A stretch of 64,000 bases of DNA from Eutreptiella sp. 'Long Island Sound 2002' (taxonomy: Eukaryota; Protista; Euglenida), in contig OZ038378.1 of the NCBI GenBank assembly GCA_964036045.1, positions 200,136,001 through 200,200,000 on the forward strand. The letters are read 5' to 3'. A program made the translations under genes and the position numbers. How positions within the stretch are numbered: position 1 is the stretch's first letter; every line of letters starts with the position of its first letter. This document shows, piece after piece, positions 34,722-48,411 of this stretch. A model generated the notes under the pieces. That model had not been told where the DNA came from and searched no databases. It saw only the letters and a program-made list of their open reading frames with translations.

Positions 34722-35175
34722 CAGGGCTATAAGCTCACCGACTTTGTGGGTGAGTTCGGTGAGTTCTCATTTTGCCCGTTTTTCAGTCGGTGAGTGGTGG
34801 TGACCTGGTTGTTAACAAGCCCATAGTGGGAAGAGTGTCCCCAAGGCTGGTGACGACCTGAGTGCAACTCCGGTTGATTTGTGACGTGTGCGGCCGTTTT
34901 TCATTTATGCACACCGCTTTTCCCCATTTTTTGGTGTGTTTGACTTGTGAAAACTATGTTTTGCAGGTTGTGGCAAGTTGGAGAGGAATGAGAATATTGT
35001 GAAACACCGGTTTTCCTCGTTTTTCACCGGTTTTCACCATTTTTCACCAATTTTCACCATTTTTCACCATTTTTCACCATTTTTCACCATTTTTCACCGT
35101 TTCCCCCGTTTTCCCCGTTTTTCACGGCCCCTGCGGTGAGTTGGTGAGTGCGGTTACGGTGAGCTTACAGGCCTG
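34722..35175. mobile_element. MITE, 454 bp, 19-bp TIRs, 6-bp TSD (hAT-like)
   Basis: TIRs cagggctataagctcaccg and cggtgagcttacaggcctg (2 mismatches). TSD tgatga at 34716-34721 and 35176-35181. Internal (ttttcaccat)n array. Confidence 0.85.
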
Positions 35176-37679
35176 TGATGAAATCCTGTTTACACACCAA
35201 TTTAGCAGTGGGATATAAACACAAGAGATGAACCCTCAAAGGCTGAGATCCAAGACCATATTCACAAGAAAAGAACAGCAGCAATGTATGGGGAAATCTC
35301 TCCCCTTTTTTCAGCCATTGCACGTCTCCCCGTTTTGGGAACCTGGATGTGGCATGTTTGGTGCCCCCTGTATGGCAGGATTTCTGTGAGCACATCCCCT
35401 CCCCACTTTAGGGACCTGGTTATGGCAGCCTTTATGTAGCCACTTGTCTTCTTGTGCTTCCGGGAATGCAACACGGCAGGGTTTATGCAATCACATCTTC
35501 TCGCCCCCCCCCCCCCCACCCACACTCTCCATATTTCTGGGTGCCTCTGTCATTCTTCAGGGATTCGGTTGTTGTTCTGATGAGGGGGAGAGGACTACAA
35601 CACTCTGCATCCTCATCTTCTCACCGTCACACACACACAGTCACTCTCGACTGAATTTCATGCTTTGTGCAACACGTTTGGCTTTCAAAAAATGGCACAT
35701 GATATCTCATGCCACGCTCCCATTGCATGCCTGGTTGTTCCATCACATCACATGTCCATATGTCCCTTCTGCAGATTGTTCGCTACTATGAATCATCAGC
35801 AAATTGCATGGCCAATTCGGAGGAATTCTGACTGCTCTATGCGCTCCCACCAATCGCAGCAATCACAAATGACGGAAGCCGCAGGTAGACGGGAGTATCA
35901 CCAGGCTTCTTGAGGAAAGGGTTTGGTGCAGCACGCGCAAACACAAACACATGCACGTGCACACACACGCAGTCACACACCCAGCTGCCCTCGTTGTTGG
36001 CCTCTGTACTGGTGGATGAGGAGGGAGAGGAAGCGATCTGCGGAGCCCCTTTTGCGATCAGCTACAGAAGAGCCTGAGTGGAGCACTGTATTAATTCCTT
36101 ACCTCCGTGTACCTGAGACAAGGGGGTGGGGGTAGTGTTTCTCCGTTGGTCCCTCTGTTGCGACGCGCCTCCTGGGCTAGCTGAGAGGGCTGGGTGGGGG
36201 TCAAACCTCTCATGAGCGCTGTAACTAATCCCCAGGCACAGTGTCCCGGACCCTAGGCCACTGGCCAGCCTCCAGAACACCACACCCCCACAGGTCAAGA
36301 ATGACCACAGAGCTTCCCATGGTGCTGATCAGGCTCCCCAAGGCCGCAGTTTGGGGGAGAGACCAGGGATGTGCTTAGTGTTCGGCCTACGGGACGGGGG
36401 GTGGGTGTTTTGGAAATTCTGGGTGGGTGGGTGTCCAAAAACCCCCTCCCCTCCGTTTTTTGGTGTATGGGTGCTGATGGGGTTGTGGCCTCTTAGTTCA
36501 TTGTGAAACAGGTGCTGTCTGATGTCTGGGTGCCTGGGCAGGCAGATTTCACTTCTGCCTACTGGGGGTGCACCGTGCGCTCTGTGCACGCTCTGTGCGA
36601 AAAGTTGGCTGTTTTCCACCACCGGTAGCCACGGGTCCCAGGGTGCTGAATTCTGCACCCTACAGCCCCTGCTGGTACACCAGGGATTTTTTTTTTTTGG
36701 TCTGATGCTTGCCACGGGTCCCAGGGTCCTGAATTCTGCACCCCATGCTGTTTTGAGTTGATCATGCATGCTTCAGTAGGTGAGTGGTTTTCAGGGGTGT
36801 TCCTGGGATAAGCAACGTAATAATTGGCGCTGTGCGTGCACTGTGCCTGTGCTCTGCGCACGCTGTGCGAAAACACTCCCATAAGGGGAGGAGGAGAGGA
36901 CGCCCAGGCACCCAAGGGGTCCAAGAGAGCAGGGTGGGATGTAAAAATAAAACCTGTGAATTCCTCTCTTGCCCTCTCCCTCGGGCATACCTTCCTGCTC
37001 GTGTACTGTGTGTTGCTTCAGTGGTTGGGTGGATGGGTGGGTGGCTGTCCAACACCCTCCTCCCCCTGGGGGTGGCACAATTTTGGGTTCCTGGGTTTTA
37101 GCAAAATCTGGGTGCGTACTTCTTGTGATCCCCCCCCCCCCCCGCCACAGGCTAACAGAGCCAACCACCAAGGCCTTGTGCCACCCCCCCCCCCCCCGCT
37201 AGATAAGCACATCCCTGGGAGAGACCCCATGGATCCTTCCTTGGATGCATAGAGGCCGATTACGCTCAAACATACACCCTGCAGTCATAGTCGAATGAAA
37301 TCCGGGTGTGGTTCTGGAAATGGCTGGTCATGGGGAAGTTAACGTAATAATGGGAGCTGTGCGAAAATGCCCCCTTATTATGTGCCCCCCTAAACAGCAT
37401 GAGGTTCTCATTGAATCCCATCCCAGGACTGTGGCCACATCAGTACACTTGAACTTTGAAAAGGGTGTCTCCTGTGGCAGGGATTCCGGAATGAAGCTGC
37501 ACTATTGTGTCGTCTGTGGGCTGCAGGAATGTGTGCAGAATGTGGCTGGTTCAGACAGCACGAGGGAGGGCTTCCTCAATGTTTTGTTCCTTGAACTCCA
37601 GCCCCGATGGCCTTGGAGGTTGTGGTTTGCTTCTGTGGTGTATTAAAGTCGTGCTCTAGCTTTTACATGTCCCTTGCAG

Positions 37680-37789
37680 GTGATTGTGGCACAATGCCTC
37701 TGGAGGGGTTTAACAAAGGCTACTCGTTGGCTCAACTGGCCACAGACACAGTCATGAAGCGCTACGTCCCCCCTCATTACCATGCATGG
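37680..37789 (+). CDS. Candidate exon, unknown gene C (DCGTMPLEGFNKGYSLAQLATDTVMKRYVPPHYHAW)
   Basis: cccttgcag| acceptor, tgg|gtgaaa donor, protein-like sequence. Confidence 0.55.
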
Positions 37790-38235
37790 GTGAAAGGCTT
37801 GGATCTGGAGATGACTTCCTGCTTGAACCCACCCCACAAGTCTGTCATCCAACCCTTCCTCAGACTCTGACCCCCAATATCCTTTCCTGCCGTGTAAACC
37901 TACTTTGCTCCACCCAACTTGAATGCCTTGGTCTAGGTTAACCGAGAGTGTCGTTAGCTCTGCCCTCCTTTGTTGCCCCACCTGTCCCCCATTGCTCGCA
38001 TGTTCCCCCATGTTCCCCCTCCTGCCGCCTCCTTCCTTCCCGCTCCCATACCCGTTCCCCCTTCAAAATCGACAGCTGCACATGCAGGTGTTGAATAATA
38101 TGCTTCATAATCTCTGCCCTTTGTGCATCGCCTTTGGTCAATGGTTCTCATCAGCTTGCTCTGTGGTGATAAGGGTGCCCAGTAGTTGTGCCCAGGCATA
38201 CCCGTTCGGCTTTCCTGAATAGCCTCTCTCCCCAG

Positions 38236-38289
38236 GATGTTGCATCAATGCATCAGGATGAAGCATTGTTCAGAGCTGCAAGCAGGATG
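38236..38289 (+). CDS. Candidate exon, gene C (DVASMHQDEALFRAASRM)
   Basis: ctctctccccag| acceptor, atg|gtaatc donor, phase 0-0. Confidence 0.55.
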
Positions 38290-38771
38290 GTAATCCCCCG
38301 CCGCCCGCCTTTGACCAAACGACCCCAACCTCCATGTCCAAACACCACTAGGCATCCTTTCCATAAATTTTTGCACTATGGATCTTGGCGGTATATGTTT
38401 TTCAGCAATTGGACATGTCGCTTTCTATGCTGTGTGGTGCCTTGCAATTGAGTTGAAGATGGCCAATCTTTGCATCAGGAAATTTGATCTGATGGGTTTC
38501 CACCTTTTTTCTGCAAGGCTTCCCTCAATACGTAGGATGAATGCATGTTTGGGAGCCCAAGGTGCGTGAAGTGTTGTTCAAGGTACAAAATTCTGGACAG
38601 TCGTATGGGGAAATGCGGAAATTGCGGAAATGTGCACGTTCTCCATGCTGTTTTCCAGAACGGGATGAGCGCATCAGCCCCCCCCCCCCCAAAGATTATG
38701 GATATGGGGCTTTCAGATTCGACACTGTCATGAGCAGTGCCTCATGCAATGTACCCTTGTGTGTCTCCCAG

Positions 38772-38880
38772 AGACATCACGGCCGAAGCAGCTGCAATTT
38801 TGCAGGAGATCTCCTTGTCTGGGGCCGAAGTGCTTCATGAATTGCCTCCTTCTGAGCCCAATGATCAACCCTGCCTTCAG
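38772..38880 (+). CDS. Candidate exon, gene C (DITAEAAAILQEISLSGAEVLHELPPSEPNDQPCLQ)
   Basis: tctcccag| acceptor, cag|gtatgc donor. Confidence 0.6.
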
Positions 38881-40951
38881 GTATGCCCGGACTGTCAGTC
38901 ACTCTTTGAATTTGAATTTGAAGGGTAGGTGTTGTTGTGATTGTGGTGTTGCATTGTCGTGCGTTGTTGTCTTGGTGGTGCTTTCTGTGGTTGGAGCTGT
39001 CCCATGTGCCCAAAATCAGTGTCACGATTCTCGTGGTGGTGGTGGTGTTGGTGGTGGCGCCGTTTCACTGGCAGCATTGCGTCTACTACATTTCAGATCC
39101 TGCGGGCACATTATGTGCAATGCATCCTCTGCCGTAATACAAAACCCAAAGGCCTCTTCCCTCCTGCATCATTCACATGCTTCGAATGCACCAGCACCAA
39201 CTTCACGGATGTAGCCTCATAAGAGGTGTGCTGTGATGCACATGCCCCTTGTGTTTCTGTCTTCTCCTTCCCTCAGTGCTTCGGGGTTTCGCAGATTGTG
39301 TTACGATTAGTGACAGGTCCATGGCAGTCTCCACGAATGTCCTTGTGTCAATGCAGAGCGAGCGCCCCCGGGTCCGTTGGCTGGGTTGCCAATGAAGGCT
39401 GCCAACAGAACCCTCTACACCTCTGCGGTCGCGCTTGTGATGGTACAGGGATAGGGTGCAGCACCGGCCCACTGTAGTAAGCAGCGGGGGGAAGGGGAGC
39501 ACTGGAAGCAGGCAGCGGTGATAGCGAAGGGAGCAGAACAAGCTTCGGTGAAAAAACAGCAGCGGGAACAAATCAGAGATCAGACCAACGATGATTCGGC
39601 ACAGCCTTTGCGGAAAGACAGATGTGCTTTTGGTCCAGAGATTTGGTCAGCATTGAGGGGGCGACATTGTCCAAATCCATAGATTTTGTCGCTTTTTGTC
39701 CTTTTTTTCGTGATTTTCCCCAGACACCCGTGTGTGTCTTATGTTGTGGCACAAGTTGCTGCGGCAAAAAATGGGGTTGTTCGTTTGCTGCACAGCTGCA
39801 TTATCCAGTTCATGGTGTCGTGCGCATAGCCTGTTTGATCTGGTTTCAGGTACCGCAAATAGAACATGCTTTGTCCAAACAGCACCAGTGTGTCCAACTG
39901 ATGTTATGCCTTTTCAGGTGTGCGCAATTACAACCAAAGGCCCTCTTTGGTGCTATCTGGGCCCTCATGGGATTGAAATCTGCTCGTGTTGATGGGCGGC
40001 GTGCCGGAGAATGTTTTCCGATGAGCTGATGTTCCATAACAAACATCTCATTGCGTTGTGCAGGCTGCACAGCCTTTTGGGAGCTGCACCTGTGCTGCCC
40101 ACGGCCTGCATCCGTATCCTGATGCCTGTTAACCACAGTACCGCTCCAGTCGACCTTCACGTAGCCCAGTCTGTTTTGCTGTTGTCGAAAGGAAATGATA
40201 GTCAGTCCTGCAAAAGGCTGACGCACTGCTCGACCCCTTCCTTAGCAAAGACTCCATCCAGACCGAGATCTGCCGGTTGAAGCCAAGTAATGGCCCTCCG
40301 GTGCAAAAATGCACCGCAGCAGGTGGGAAAGAGCGAGCAGGTGAGGCATGTATCACGTTTCTCGAGCACAAATGCCGGAACAACAGCATGGGTTGAGTTC
40401 AGATGGTCCTGATTCCAAAGCACATTGCCCTCTTGCGTCTTTCTCCATGCAACAGCCGTCAGTGTAATCCCACGTGACGGCCAAGGGTCACCTCTACACG
40501 TGCCCCCCCGTGCTGCCTGTGCGTTTCCCTGGCGAATGGCAACATGTACGCAGTTATTGCCGTTGTTGCGGGTGACGGTTTCACAGGCAGGGGAAGCGTG
40601 TGGTGCACTTGGATGCAACCGGCGTAGTGTGGCTGGGTCCCCGCGGCCTCATTCTGTGAAGTGGACAACACAGCTCCGCTGTGCTAGAGTGCCTCCCAAC
40701 TTACCCTGGCTTATCCCGTCCGAAGTGCACCGGGTGTTGGAGGCCTGATGGGCATCCACACCGACCCTGCAATTACACATGTCACAGTGCTCTAGCGACA
40801 GGCACAATGTCCTACGCAGTGGCCACAGGTCCACGGCATGGCACCTGGTGCGCATCTGACACGGGTGCGGAGATCCAGAGGCACTTTGGGTGGTTGAGCT
40901 TCGTATCCGATCCACCAAGGCCCGCACAGAGACAAACACACAGCCACCCAG

Positions 40952-41132
<181 letters not shown>

Positions 41133-43954
41133 CTGGCACTCCGTCAGGTTTTGTCGCTTTGTGGCAGCACCGGTGACACCATGGGCTAAGCTTTGAAAGT
41201 GCGGCCATTGTACATACCAGGGCTCCCAAAGAGACTTGCGGCATTCCTGATTGGTATAATTGGCATGTCTCATTCATACGCTGGTCTGCACACACACATC
41301 TGCTCGGAAGATGCCTTCGAGCTGGCCAAGCTGAACCAGCATAGAGTCACACCCAGGCCCAAGGGTCCAAGAAGTGTGTGCATGGGCCAATCCTACTGAA
41401 GACCAGCACCGAGTCGCAGGTCCCGTCAGCAGCCACCGCAGGGCTCTCACAGGGACAAATATGGACGTGGCGTTGTTGCCTGGACCTGCAGTGCCCGACT
41501 GGAGGACTGTGTGAAGGGCTCGGCGTAGGGGCGAAGGGGCAAGGCACCGGACAAACTATTTCGGCCACAAAGCCCCCTCCCGAGCTGCAGTCTGGCAGGG
41601 CCGTCTTATCGCTGCATCACGGCCCAGTGTCCTGCAGGAAGGGGGGCTGTGGGGCGGTGCCATGCTTGTCTGCGAGACAAAGGTTGTCGTGAGGGACTCA
41701 GATTCGTCTGTTCTGAGGACAGCCTTGAGGGCAGTCGCCCGGCAATGGCATGCCAACTGCAGGCGCATGCCGGCCAGCCCCGATCAAGGAACTGCCAACT
41801 GCTGGTGGTCACCGGCACATTTTGTGCCAACCGCCGTTGGTCAATCAGCAACCGCCGTCGGTTTGGCTCCAACCGCTGTCCACTGACCAGCTCGCCACCG
41901 TTGGTCAAATGCTGTCAGGTACTCCATGTCTCGTGAAGCCCAACAGGAGAGCCACGCCGGGAGAGCTTGTGGTCTTGATTGGTTGCGGGCTGTTGGAGTA
42001 ACCAGCTGTGTTTCGCACCATCGTGTGACTCTGAGTTCCGGCCATCAAGTCACATATCCTGCGTTGTCACTGGTGTAGTCTGTCGACCAGACGAGAAAAG
42101 CCTGTGCTGGAGAGAAATGTGCCATGGCTGTCCTTCCGCGCTGCAGAATAACGGGCAAGTCGAGTGCCATCAACCACCAACTGCAAGTTCCTGCCATTCA
42201 AAGAAAGTCATGCCTACCAGCCCAAAAATTTCCCCTACTATCCAACGCGGCCATGAATCCAGTGTTGAATGATGGGCGTTTCGGCCACCCTCTATTCAGA
42301 TACGAATCTACGGTGAAAATGCATCTGCCATGGGTGCAGGAATGTCCACTGAAAGTTACACTGCACCAGCGAACAGGTGAGCAGTGTCCACTGAAAGTTA
42401 GGCCGCGCCCATGAACCCTGAAAGTTCGGAAATGCCTGCGAATACTTGCACACGGATGCCCAACAATTCAGGTTGCCAAGTCGGTAAGCTCTGCGCGCAT
42501 CGCTTTGGTTCGCGCGTGGTCTGCGTCATGATGTGCCTGTTTCATTTCTTTATTGGACACAGTACTCTTTGGTTCATCCAGTTGTTCTGTCGTTCCGCCC
42601 TGTTGCAGTGCACCTGCCTACCTGCCAGTAATGGCTGCCATGACTGATTACCCTGTCGTCTGCATGGCACTGTGTTGGATCTGCAAGTAGGGTTACTAGA
42701 GCCAGTGCAGAAGGCTAGGGGGAGTGAGGGGTTGGTTTGTGCCTCGTTGAATGAGGCGTGCAGTTCTGGTAAACCACTGGAAGTTTCACTTGGATTCCCT
42801 TTCAATCCCACTTCCAATACAGCAAGGGTGTTTCCATGCAGCAACAGTCAGACGGCTGCATTTGGACACCAAGCATCAGCCGTAGTGCTGTTTGGCCTTG
42901 CTTGTTGAGGAAGGGGTGTCAATCGATTATCCTGATACATCTTCCTTCCAGCCACCCTGCGCATGCATGGAGCATGGTAGCGGTATTGGGGAAGGATTGG
43001 TTGCTCGGGGACAGCACAGTCCTATAGCGTACTAACCTCAGCTATGGATGCTGTAAATGCACCTTATAGCAGTGGCCAAATAATGAAACACTGCATGACT
43101 CTTGGCTTCGGCCTTGACCAGTTTTTGAGGGAGTGAGCAAATTTATTGAAATTGTTGTATCCCCATACTGTGTGCACATTGTGAAGGCAACTTCCCAAAG
43201 GGAAGCAAGGGCTCGGCATAAAGGTTACCCTGCTGCACTGCTCTCTTCGCTGTACACGAGAGTGTTGCCCATTTTGATGTCTTTTCATATCTGCACTATC
43301 AAGCAACAAAGAAACCCCTGGCACACACAGTCTCTATAGGGTCAACACCTGGTACTGAAATTGGTGGTACTGCCTGGTAAAATCTGATCGCAGACTACGA
43401 CCAACTTTGCCAGCAGCTGGAGGCGTCCCCTGTGCAATAACCTATACCCGGTGCCTTTGTAAGGTGGCACACAACAGTAAACGAGACTGTGAGTGTCTAG
43501 TACTCCAAGGGCATGGGAGGGTAATTGAGCCCACTTGCAGCGGCAGACATCAGTTGGTGTGTAATTGACGAAAGATGAGGGTAATGGACCAATTGTGTGT
43601 GGGAAAACAAGCAGCAGCCATCTGAGGGTAACAGGGGAGCAGGAGATGCCATCATGTGTGTTTGTCTGGGGAACGGACGGGGGTGCAAGAGATGCCATCA
43701 CATGTGTGTGTCCGGGGAAGGGACCACCATCCGCCTGCAGGGTACCAATGGGTGTAGCTCCCTATTTTTGCACTTGTGCAGGAGGGTCGTCGTTGGGCAG
43801 GGGAGGGGGGTGGAGTTATGGCCATAGTGGCACACCCGGTTGCTCTGTGGTGGTTCGTCAAAGGGATTGGGTGTCTCAGGCAGCGGGGCAGGGGACTGGG
43901 GTATGCAATATGGCTGAAAAGGCCCCAGCAATTTTGATCTCACAACCTCTGCAA

Positions 43955-44056
43955 GGTGATTTTAAGGTTTTAAAAATCCCTTGCTCCGTTGCTCCGGCCC
44001 TAGGTTTTAGGGTTAGGGTTAGGCCCTCGCCCGGCCCCCGCCCGGCCCTAGCCCAG
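43955..44056 (-). repeat. Interstitial (TTAGGG)~3 inside a segment resembling the retroelement 3' tail
   Basis: ttagggttagggttagg at 44007-44023. The minus strand aligns loosely with 3085-3190. Confidence 0.5.
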
Positions 44057-47000
44057 CAAACGGTTAAATTTGTGGGTTTAACCCTTTGGATCCTAAACTA
44101 GAATAGGGACAGCAGTGTTCTCTGCCACTATGCGAATAGCGACCAGCTGTGCCTGAACCCTCCCTGTCGCTGATAGTGTATGAAATGCAACCCGCTGATT
44201 TGTCTCACCCTTCAATCTTCACACCGCTGTCTTTTTCAGCCTACAGTCTTTGTGCCTCATGCACACTGGGAAGCCTACGGGCGTGGCAGCCTCCCACTGC
44301 ATTACCTGGTTTCAGACTCAGCTACTACGTGTCAGATCCGCTACCACAGCCAATGTGGGATCATCGTAGCACTGGACAGCTCTGAACCTTGATTCCAAGA
44401 GGTCATCTCGAGTATTGTGAAGTGAGCGGCCTGCGCCAGCTCATCTGGGTCAGCACCCAAAAAAATTTGTGGGTTTGACCCTTTGGATCCTTTTGTCCAA
44501 CAAAAGCATCCCTCATTGAGTTTTCTGAGCCACCCCCCCCCCCCCCCCCGAAACCCCGTTATTAGGTGGGAGGTGCAGGTGTTCTGACGAAACGGATTGA
44601 GGCTGGGGGGGGATTTGGTCGGATAATTGCTCTCTCTTCTGTATGGATTTGCTGTCCAATGGCCACGGTCCCTGTGTGTAGGTAGCTCCAATCATCCCCC
44701 CTTCGGGCCCCCATTGGCAATTGCTATCCATGTTTTTTTTCAACCATGCAAAGGTTTGTGTAGCAACACCAGCAAACCAAACCAGCTGCATTGAAGCGCA
44801 TGTATCCACAGATCCAGGGCGGAGTGAAACCAGGTTGACTGAAGAGGAAGCTGCAGAAGAACAGGCCATTGTTGAGCTGAATTGAACCAAAGAGATTTGC
44901 GGTCACCTCCAATTGGTGCCAAGGCCTATTTTCAAGGCATTTTTGGATTTTTGGAGGGCTAGAATAGGCCACCACACGATCAAAATGGGCTAAAACCACT
45001 TGTTTTGGCATCCCAAGTTGGCCAGGATCATTTTTGAAAAAAGTCTGCTTTTTGCCCCCGGTGGACCCCGTTGACCCATTTTGGCGCCCATTTGTTCGGG
45101 CTCGAGCTTGCGGCGTGCGGCAGCCTAGTGGGTGCTGTTACGGGGGTCTAGGTGTCCGTTTGGGCAACTCCAAGGGGTGGAAACGCCAAAAAGTGGGGGG
45201 TCGCGGGTGAGTGGCCCTCATTGCCTGGTAATGGTGGTAATGGGCAATCTGTATGAAAGACCAGGGTGGGGAGGAATAGCCATCTAACAAAGTTGAGTCA
45301 CCCTCCTTGCAAGTCCCTGGTCCGTTAGCACCCAAAGTGGTATGACATCCTGCTCATGTTCATCATCCAACCATGGTCACCTGCAGTGACAGCCAGTTAG
45401 CATTGCAAGGCCCCATTGGGCTCTGCAACTCAGAAAGCGATTGTGCGCACTGTGCTATGTGTCAGGGGCCAAACGCCGGTAAACCATCCCATAAAGGATC
45501 CTCCAGGTAGGCATTAGAGGAGAGGTGAGGATGCTTATTGGTTTCAGCTAAATGGTTGCTGTTACTTCCTGCATGCTTCCTTTCAATCTTTGTTGTTCAT
45601 TCCTAGATGCTTTCCAGCACGTACCGCGGAACAAAAAGCACAACACTGTTTCAAAGCTGTGTGACAACTGTATGCACACCACCATGTGTAAACAGAGTGT
45701 GCGCAGTGAAGGGGCAGGGCACACACCTGCTCAATGCCTCCTCGGTGGGTGCAACTGGACCTGTATGGTCCCTACATGTACCTGAAGTTTGCACCGAGCG
45801 TGCATTGTGCTAAGAGCGCTCCGGATCTCTGGTTTGCTAATATGCTATTAAATGTGATTTCCTCCCTCCTGGGCTGTGCATACCAAATTGTGTTGTGCCC
45901 ATGGTTCCAACCTGCCTGGGGGCATGTTTTGCACCAGTGCAGAATGAAGTTTCTGAATTGAATGGCCCGTTTCTGCGTTGCAAAAAAATCCAACCACGCT
46001 GTGGTTGAATGGCAAGCCATTGCTGGATGTTCTACGGCCTACAGTCTACAGTAGGGGGCAGCACCTGACGTGGTGCACAGCGGTGCGGCTGTTTGGCGAT
46101 GTCCACGGGAAAGGTGTTGTGTTGTCGTTTCGATTTGTTCTCTTGTGCGAGGCACCTCGATGGATGAAGTTGTTGAGACCGCGAACGGCCGCAATGGGGG
46201 CCAAGGGCCTTTTGAAAGATTTTGAAGTGGGTGCCGATTGTAGTGTGCTCTTGATTGTGCCATGTTTGTGGGACGGAGAGTGTTCATACCCCCCCCCCCC
46301 CTTGCGCAAGCACTGCCTTGTCTAAGCACATGAGCCCGTGTTACCGTCGTTTTGATGGAATTTTCTTACCACGGTTTTTATGGTCAGAAATGTAACATTC
46401 TGCGATTGTGCTTCGCTTGCAGAGGGAAAGGGGGGCTTGATCATGCTTCTGGTAGTTCCTCCTGCTCATACCAACATTCTGCTTGCAACTGCAACCCAAT
46501 GATGTCCCTGTTGATGTGATTTTCAGCCATGGCTCATGTTGCTACACCTGGCATGGCTGTTACCCAAAGGCTGCCCCAAAGGGCAAGCATGTGCAATTGT
46601 TCAAGATGAGGCGCAAGGTGGGAAAGGGCTTCTATTCCACAGCACCTGATGGCCCTGATGGGCAGTGAGGACCTCCAGAACTCGCTGAAATTTGCCTGCA
46701 CATTGTGTTGTAGTGCCCTGTTGCGACAATGGTGCTTAGGGTGAGGTATGGGCAGGTTTCCGGTGACATACGTTCTTTTGGTACCGCGCGTCGCGCGCAA
46801 GCACGGGCTTGTCTAAGCACAGGAGCCCGTGTTACCGTCGTTTTGATGACTTTCAGGGTGCTTGCGCAAGGGGGGGGCAGGGTACAATTTTTGTGGCCAA
46901 AAGGTTTGCTCTTCCAAAGGGGCCATTTCTGGTGTATTGGCTGCAAAAGTAGCGTGCTGGTCGTGTACGGCGCGCTCTGCGCAAGTACTCCCCCTAGATC

Positions 47001-47906
47001 CCTTTGTTGGTTCCATCCAACAATTCATTGCACAGGTACTGAGGTCCCGTTTGCACAATGGCCTGGTGCTAAACCTCTGTGCGCATAGGCTGGTGCTTGG
47101 CCTTCTGACTGGGAGGCACCTGGGGCTGTCACCATCAATGCACACACCATGCACAATTTTTTGAACATGGACAAACAGTGCACCACAATGCATGTGCCTA
47201 TGTGTCTATGTGCGACGACCTTTGGAAAGGAGGATAGCACCAAGGTTGTTGTGCACCATCACATGCCCCTTGGAACATTTCATCAATTGCAGTTGCCATC
47301 CTGTTGCATCTTGTGTCTTTGCTGGAATGGAACACTGCTAGATTGTACCAGTTTGTGTTTTGCAGTGCATGTCATTTTGCTACCATTGGGCATTTTCCCT
47401 GCAGTCGAAGTTGTGAACATTTTCGCCTAACACATCCCTGTGAACCATGGTACAGAGTACCAAACATGTTGGTATCTGCACTTAGGCGACTTTTCACCTA
47501 GAATAGAAAGTAGACAAATTTTTAGATTACTCTCCTCACTGGAAAGTTAATGCGCAGTAGATTGTGGGATACTACTGTCAGTCTTACACAGTTGCACAGA
47601 ATGCACCAACCTCTCACTGGGGGTATAGAAAACCCTTATTTCTCAACATACAGAGAGGTTGTCATTTTGGTGAAAGGTCATCGATTGCGAATGTAGTATG
47701 TGGCGAATCTGCATGTCTATGTACCCTGAAGGGGAGGGGGTGTCCGACCAATTGGGGCCCAGTCATGGGGCAACACAGCACCAGCTGAGTGATGCCCCGC
47801 TAGGCAGCATTACTTTGGAACAGCAGCTGGATCACCATGAGTCAAGAAGATGTGGTGTGAAGTGAGAGATGTGCTGTAGTATGCTTTTGGTGGGTCAAAT
47901 CTGGCG

Positions 47907-48096
47907 GTGAGGAACCCGTGGCCCTGTGATGCACTTCCGCCATCAATGGTGGCCAGCGCCCTCCAACCTTTGAGGTCATGGGAAATTGCATATGGCGTCC
48001 TCTGCCAGCAGCGGCATGGAGTGGATGCCATGAGGGCAGTATATTGCAACGGGGAGCAGCGGAACAGAAAGCATGGGACGCCAGCTGTGTTGCAGG
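47907..48096 (+). CDS. Candidate exon of unknown gene (...DALPPSMVASALQPLRSWEIAYGVLCQQRHGVDAMRAVYCNGEQRNRKHGTPAVLQ); start uncertain
   Basis: Protein-like open frame ending at g|gtaact (phase 1). Confidence 0.35.
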
Positions 48097-48197
48097 GTAA
48101 CTCATCAGCCATTGTCCCCTCACGCATCAGCTCCCTCCGTTCTTTGCCCCTGATACCTTCAGTAGAGCTGCTAACGTCGAAGATGAATGTGCGTAGG

Positions 48198-48243
48198 ATG
48201 ATGATGATGATGATGATGATGTGATGATGATGATGATGATGTG
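48198..48243. repeat. (GAT)n microsatellite
   Basis: gatgatgat... with two interruptions. Confidence 0.95.
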
Positions 48244-48354
48244 CAATGCAATGGGAGGAACACCAGCACGCACGCCCTGGGTGGTGATAGACAGAAAGGA
48301 TGTACACTTGCCCCAGACCTCTCATTGGTCTTTAACGGCCGCAGACACCTTTGC

Positions 48355-48399
48355 CATTCTTTCTCCCCATATTTCACGTTCACAGTGGTCTATTCGCAG
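48355..48399 (+). promoter_or_regulatory. Polypyrimidine tract and AG sites (48385, 48399): probable spliced-leader trans-splice acceptor for the Rieske gene
   Basis: ttctttctccccatatttcacgttcacag...cgcag, 12-26 nt before the ATG. SL trans-splicing is established in Euglenozoa. Confidence 0.55.
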
Positions 48400-48411
48400 G
48401 ACTTCAGCGGA

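Noticed and set aside
48241-48411. 57-aa N-terminal extension of the Rieske ORF in the track
   Set aside because: Spans the microsatellite edge and the polypyrimidine tract. ATG 48412 gives a typical presequence.
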